This document shows, one piece after another, positions 61,189-64,000 of a DNA stretch of 64,000 nt; within the stretch, counting starts at the first letter, position 1; each line of letters starts with the position of its first letter. The DNA lies in NCBI RefSeq assembly GCF_003704095.1, contig NW_020847369.1, positions 1 through 64,000 of the forward strand, read 5' to 3'. This DNA comes from Pocillopora damicornis (Eukaryota). The translations under genes were made by a program, and so were the position numbers. The notes below the pieces were generated by a model that was given only the letters and a program-made list of their open reading frames with translations, searched no databases and was not told the origin of the DNA.

Positions 61189-63945
61189 ATGGTTTCTGGC
61201 GATGTTGAAGCTGGAAACTCACTATCTTCTGAATCGAAAATGGCTCCGTATGTTACAGATAGAAAGAAATTAATAGTGTGTTTCTTGGGAATATTTATAT
61301 CGTACTTTTACTACGGAATTATACAAGAGAAAATGTGAGTATTGGTCACCTAACTATGAGATAACTTTCTTCGATCTTTCACACGCAAGTCTTCAACTAC
61401 TTTTGAAAAAAATTGATTAATTTCTAGGAATTTCATCGCCATTCACTCATCAAAGAACCAGTGCGGTATTCCTTCTTCTTAAATTTTCCCAATCGCACGA
61501 ACCAATGTCTGTATTTTTTAATCTCTTTACAATGATAGTTCGTAGTTTTATACCAATATTCAATGGTTGACTTCCTAATTGTGATTACTCTCGGGAATTG
61601 TGGTTTAAAGTTACGTAAGATATTTTTGTTGAACTGGGATCCAAGGCTTATGAGTTCTTTTGTGATCAAGCCTAGAATATTTCTCGAAGTCTGAGGATAG
61701 CCTGTTTAAGGTTTTGTCCTTTTATTTTCATGTCCTAATTCAATATACGTGTTATATTCTCGGACAGAACAAGAACATCTTATGGCGAAGACAAAGAGAA
61801 ATTTGTGTATGCTCTCTCATTGGTCTTTGTTCAGTGCATTGTGAATGCACTTTTTGCTAAAACAGGTAGGTTGACAGTGTTTCATGAAGTGAAAGATAGT
61901 TGCAGTGATTTTTGCCAAAGGAACGAATGTGTACTTCAAATATTTTTGCATCTGTGATCCATTAACCTTTCACTCTTGGGATCGAAAATCAATTCTTCAC
62001 TTTGTTAACAATATATTTATTTCAATTTTTGCCCGGAAAATGTGGTTTTAAGTAAAAAAAAATATATCTTCAAATGTTTATTTCTTATCACCTCGCTTGA
62101 AAATTTTTTAATACTCTCGAGGATAAATTCCTCTTTTTATCACTTTATTTATTAGAGAATTTCCACACAAGGTCAAAAATTTCTGATTAATAAGAAAACT
62201 CTCCTCATGGATTTATCAGTCTGACTCACCAGTTTAGAAAAATGCTAAACAACCAAAATAATCAGGAGGATGGTGAACTAATTATGCTGCTCTTGATCTG
62301 TTTTAGTTATCCAACTGACGTACAGAAATGAAGCTAAGGATACAACTCCATTCTGCTGGTATGGGATCTGTGCTACAACCTATATTGGTGCAATGCTGGC
62401 CAGTAATAAGGCTCTTCAGTGGGTGAACTATCCAACTCAGGTTAGTATAAATTCCTCTTGATCAATCCTTGCAATACGATCGCTTATTTTGTTTCAGTGA
62501 CTCAGTTTTCATAGGCTGAGAAAATATTCACTTTGATGCAAAAAATGTTGCTTGAAAAAGCCAGGTTGCAAGGGTCACCATATATTTCAAATTTAATCTG
62601 ATAAACTCTAATAATTCTTTTTACTATTTTCCATGAAGTGAAACTTAATCATAATTTTGTTTTGCTGGTAGGTCTTAGGGAAGTCATGTAAACCTATTCC
62701 AGGTGAGTGATAACATAGAGCAGGTATTGTCATTGATTAGGAATGAATTGATGTACATACTAACTTTAATTGCAGATAAAATATGACAGTTTAGAAAGAG
62801 GAGAATTTTGTTGTAGTTTAAATTGATCTGAGTCGAAACATTTTTTCATGGCTGTATTTGTGATAAATTGTCACAATTCTTAATCAAAGAAAGCTACAAA
62901 CTAACCTTATACCTACCAATCATGACTGAACTATGCCACTTGAGTCTGACAGCCAATAACATCACAGCAAAACTGACCAATCAATTCATACAAACTGGAC
63001 TAAGAACATAAGACTGAAAACAACTATTCAGTTGACACTGATGATGACTTCCACTCAGGTTGTCAAAATGTCAGTCACCACCACTGAAAACAGTCCTTCT
63101 TAGGACTACACTTGTCTGGATGATCAAACTACACTATTACAAAATTAATCTAGTTTTGTTTCTAATTTGAAGACTTCATTATTTGATGAATGACACAGGA
63201 ATACTCAAAAACATGTTTCTGAATGCTCCCAATTGGAGTCAGGCCAGTTAGTGGTTTGGATGCTCTACCAGGGAGCTTTAGGTATAATCATAGATCAGTA
63301 ATGAATTGAGTGAGCTGTAGGAGCGGGGTGGCAGGCTGTGCTGTCCATGTTGACAAACTTCCTGCATACTGCTAGGAAAGGAATGTTGATGTGTGTGCAT
63401 TGATGATGTTAGTGAATATTGTTAGATTTTAACCCTGGTTTTTTGGTTTAAGATGATGGTATTCAGGAAATGATGCGATTTGGGCATTCTTTTGAGTATA
63501 CCAGTGTTTTATTCACTGAATAACATTGTCTTTCACTAAAATCACCAGGCCTAAAATCAACCATTTTCATTCATATGTTTCTAATTGTCTTTCAGTTATG
63601 ATTCTGGGAGTTCTTCTAGCAAGGAAAAGATATCCCCTTCTGAAATACCTATGTGTTTTTCTTATTGTTTGTGGAGTAGCTCTGTTCATGTACAAAGAGG
63701 TGAGGTGATAAGCTGTAAATATAGAAAAATATTACAAACTTGTCACAAGAGTGGAATTTAAATATATCTGAGGATGCAAGCCTCAGACTTTTGGATATCT
63801 ATAACAACTATCTACAACATTTTTCTGACCAAGTTCAAAACTTACCAAAAGAAGACTAAATTTTCAAATTGGTGATTAATTGTAGAATAAGAAACAAGTA
63901 TCAAATGACAGTGGAAGCTGGATTGGATTTGGAGAACTCCTCTTG
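61189..63945 (+). CDS. SLC35B1: Solute carrier family 35 member B1 (UAA family ER transporter), 5' part; continues beyond window
   Basis: Exons 61189-61334, 61768-61865, 62307-62440, 62672-62702, 63596-63699, 63886-63945. Motifs [23 protein letters not shown]...[75 protein letters not shown]. Confidence 0.93.
62900..63141 (+). mobile_element. Penelope-type terminal-repeat remnant with decayed hammerhead core, intronic
   Basis: gaca-CTGATGA-t-gac...gtc-AAAATGTC-agtc at 63034-63076, followed by cagtccttct.aggactac...ggatgatca and preceded by ccaatca-rich sequence. Confidence 0.55.
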
Positions 63946-64000
63946 GTAAGTAGTGTCACACATGTAGGGCTTAGGGTGGGGTGGGAAGGGAGCTCAGAGG

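Overview
Eukaryotic, AT-rich, intron-containing DNA. The repeat families and gene content suggest a cnidarian, probably a scleractinian coral; this is an inference. In order, the window holds: (1) a disrupted cGAS-like receptor (Mab-21/cGLR) gene flanked by MITEs; (2) a complete 15-exon SLC5A3/SMIT1-like Na+/myo-inositol cotransporter; (3) three tandem two-pore-domain K+ channel genes with two assembly gaps; (4) ALKBH1; (5) a ~20 kb array (32.9-52.8 kb) of six short single-exon ORFs plus one decayed copy, forming a protein family I cannot recognise; (6) a 6-exon predicted type I membrane protein with Trp-rich 11-residue amphipathic repeats, whose exon-4 splice acceptor is copied twice, inverted, into intron 2; (7) a divergently transcribed 4-exon ASDURF-like prefoldin microprotein gene that the ORF track misses and that is not followed by ASNSD1; (8) the 5' part of SLC35B1. 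The unrecognised family shares an amphipathic helix, RRxSAP phospho-motifs and an acidic-aromatic C-terminus, and is the best candidate for an undescribed system. Interspersed repeats include TTAA-flanked MITEs, SINE remnants and Penelope-type hammerhead-ribozyme remnants. Exon models were built by hand from GT-AG sites and frame continuity, and homology calls are from memory of the families. No database search was run.
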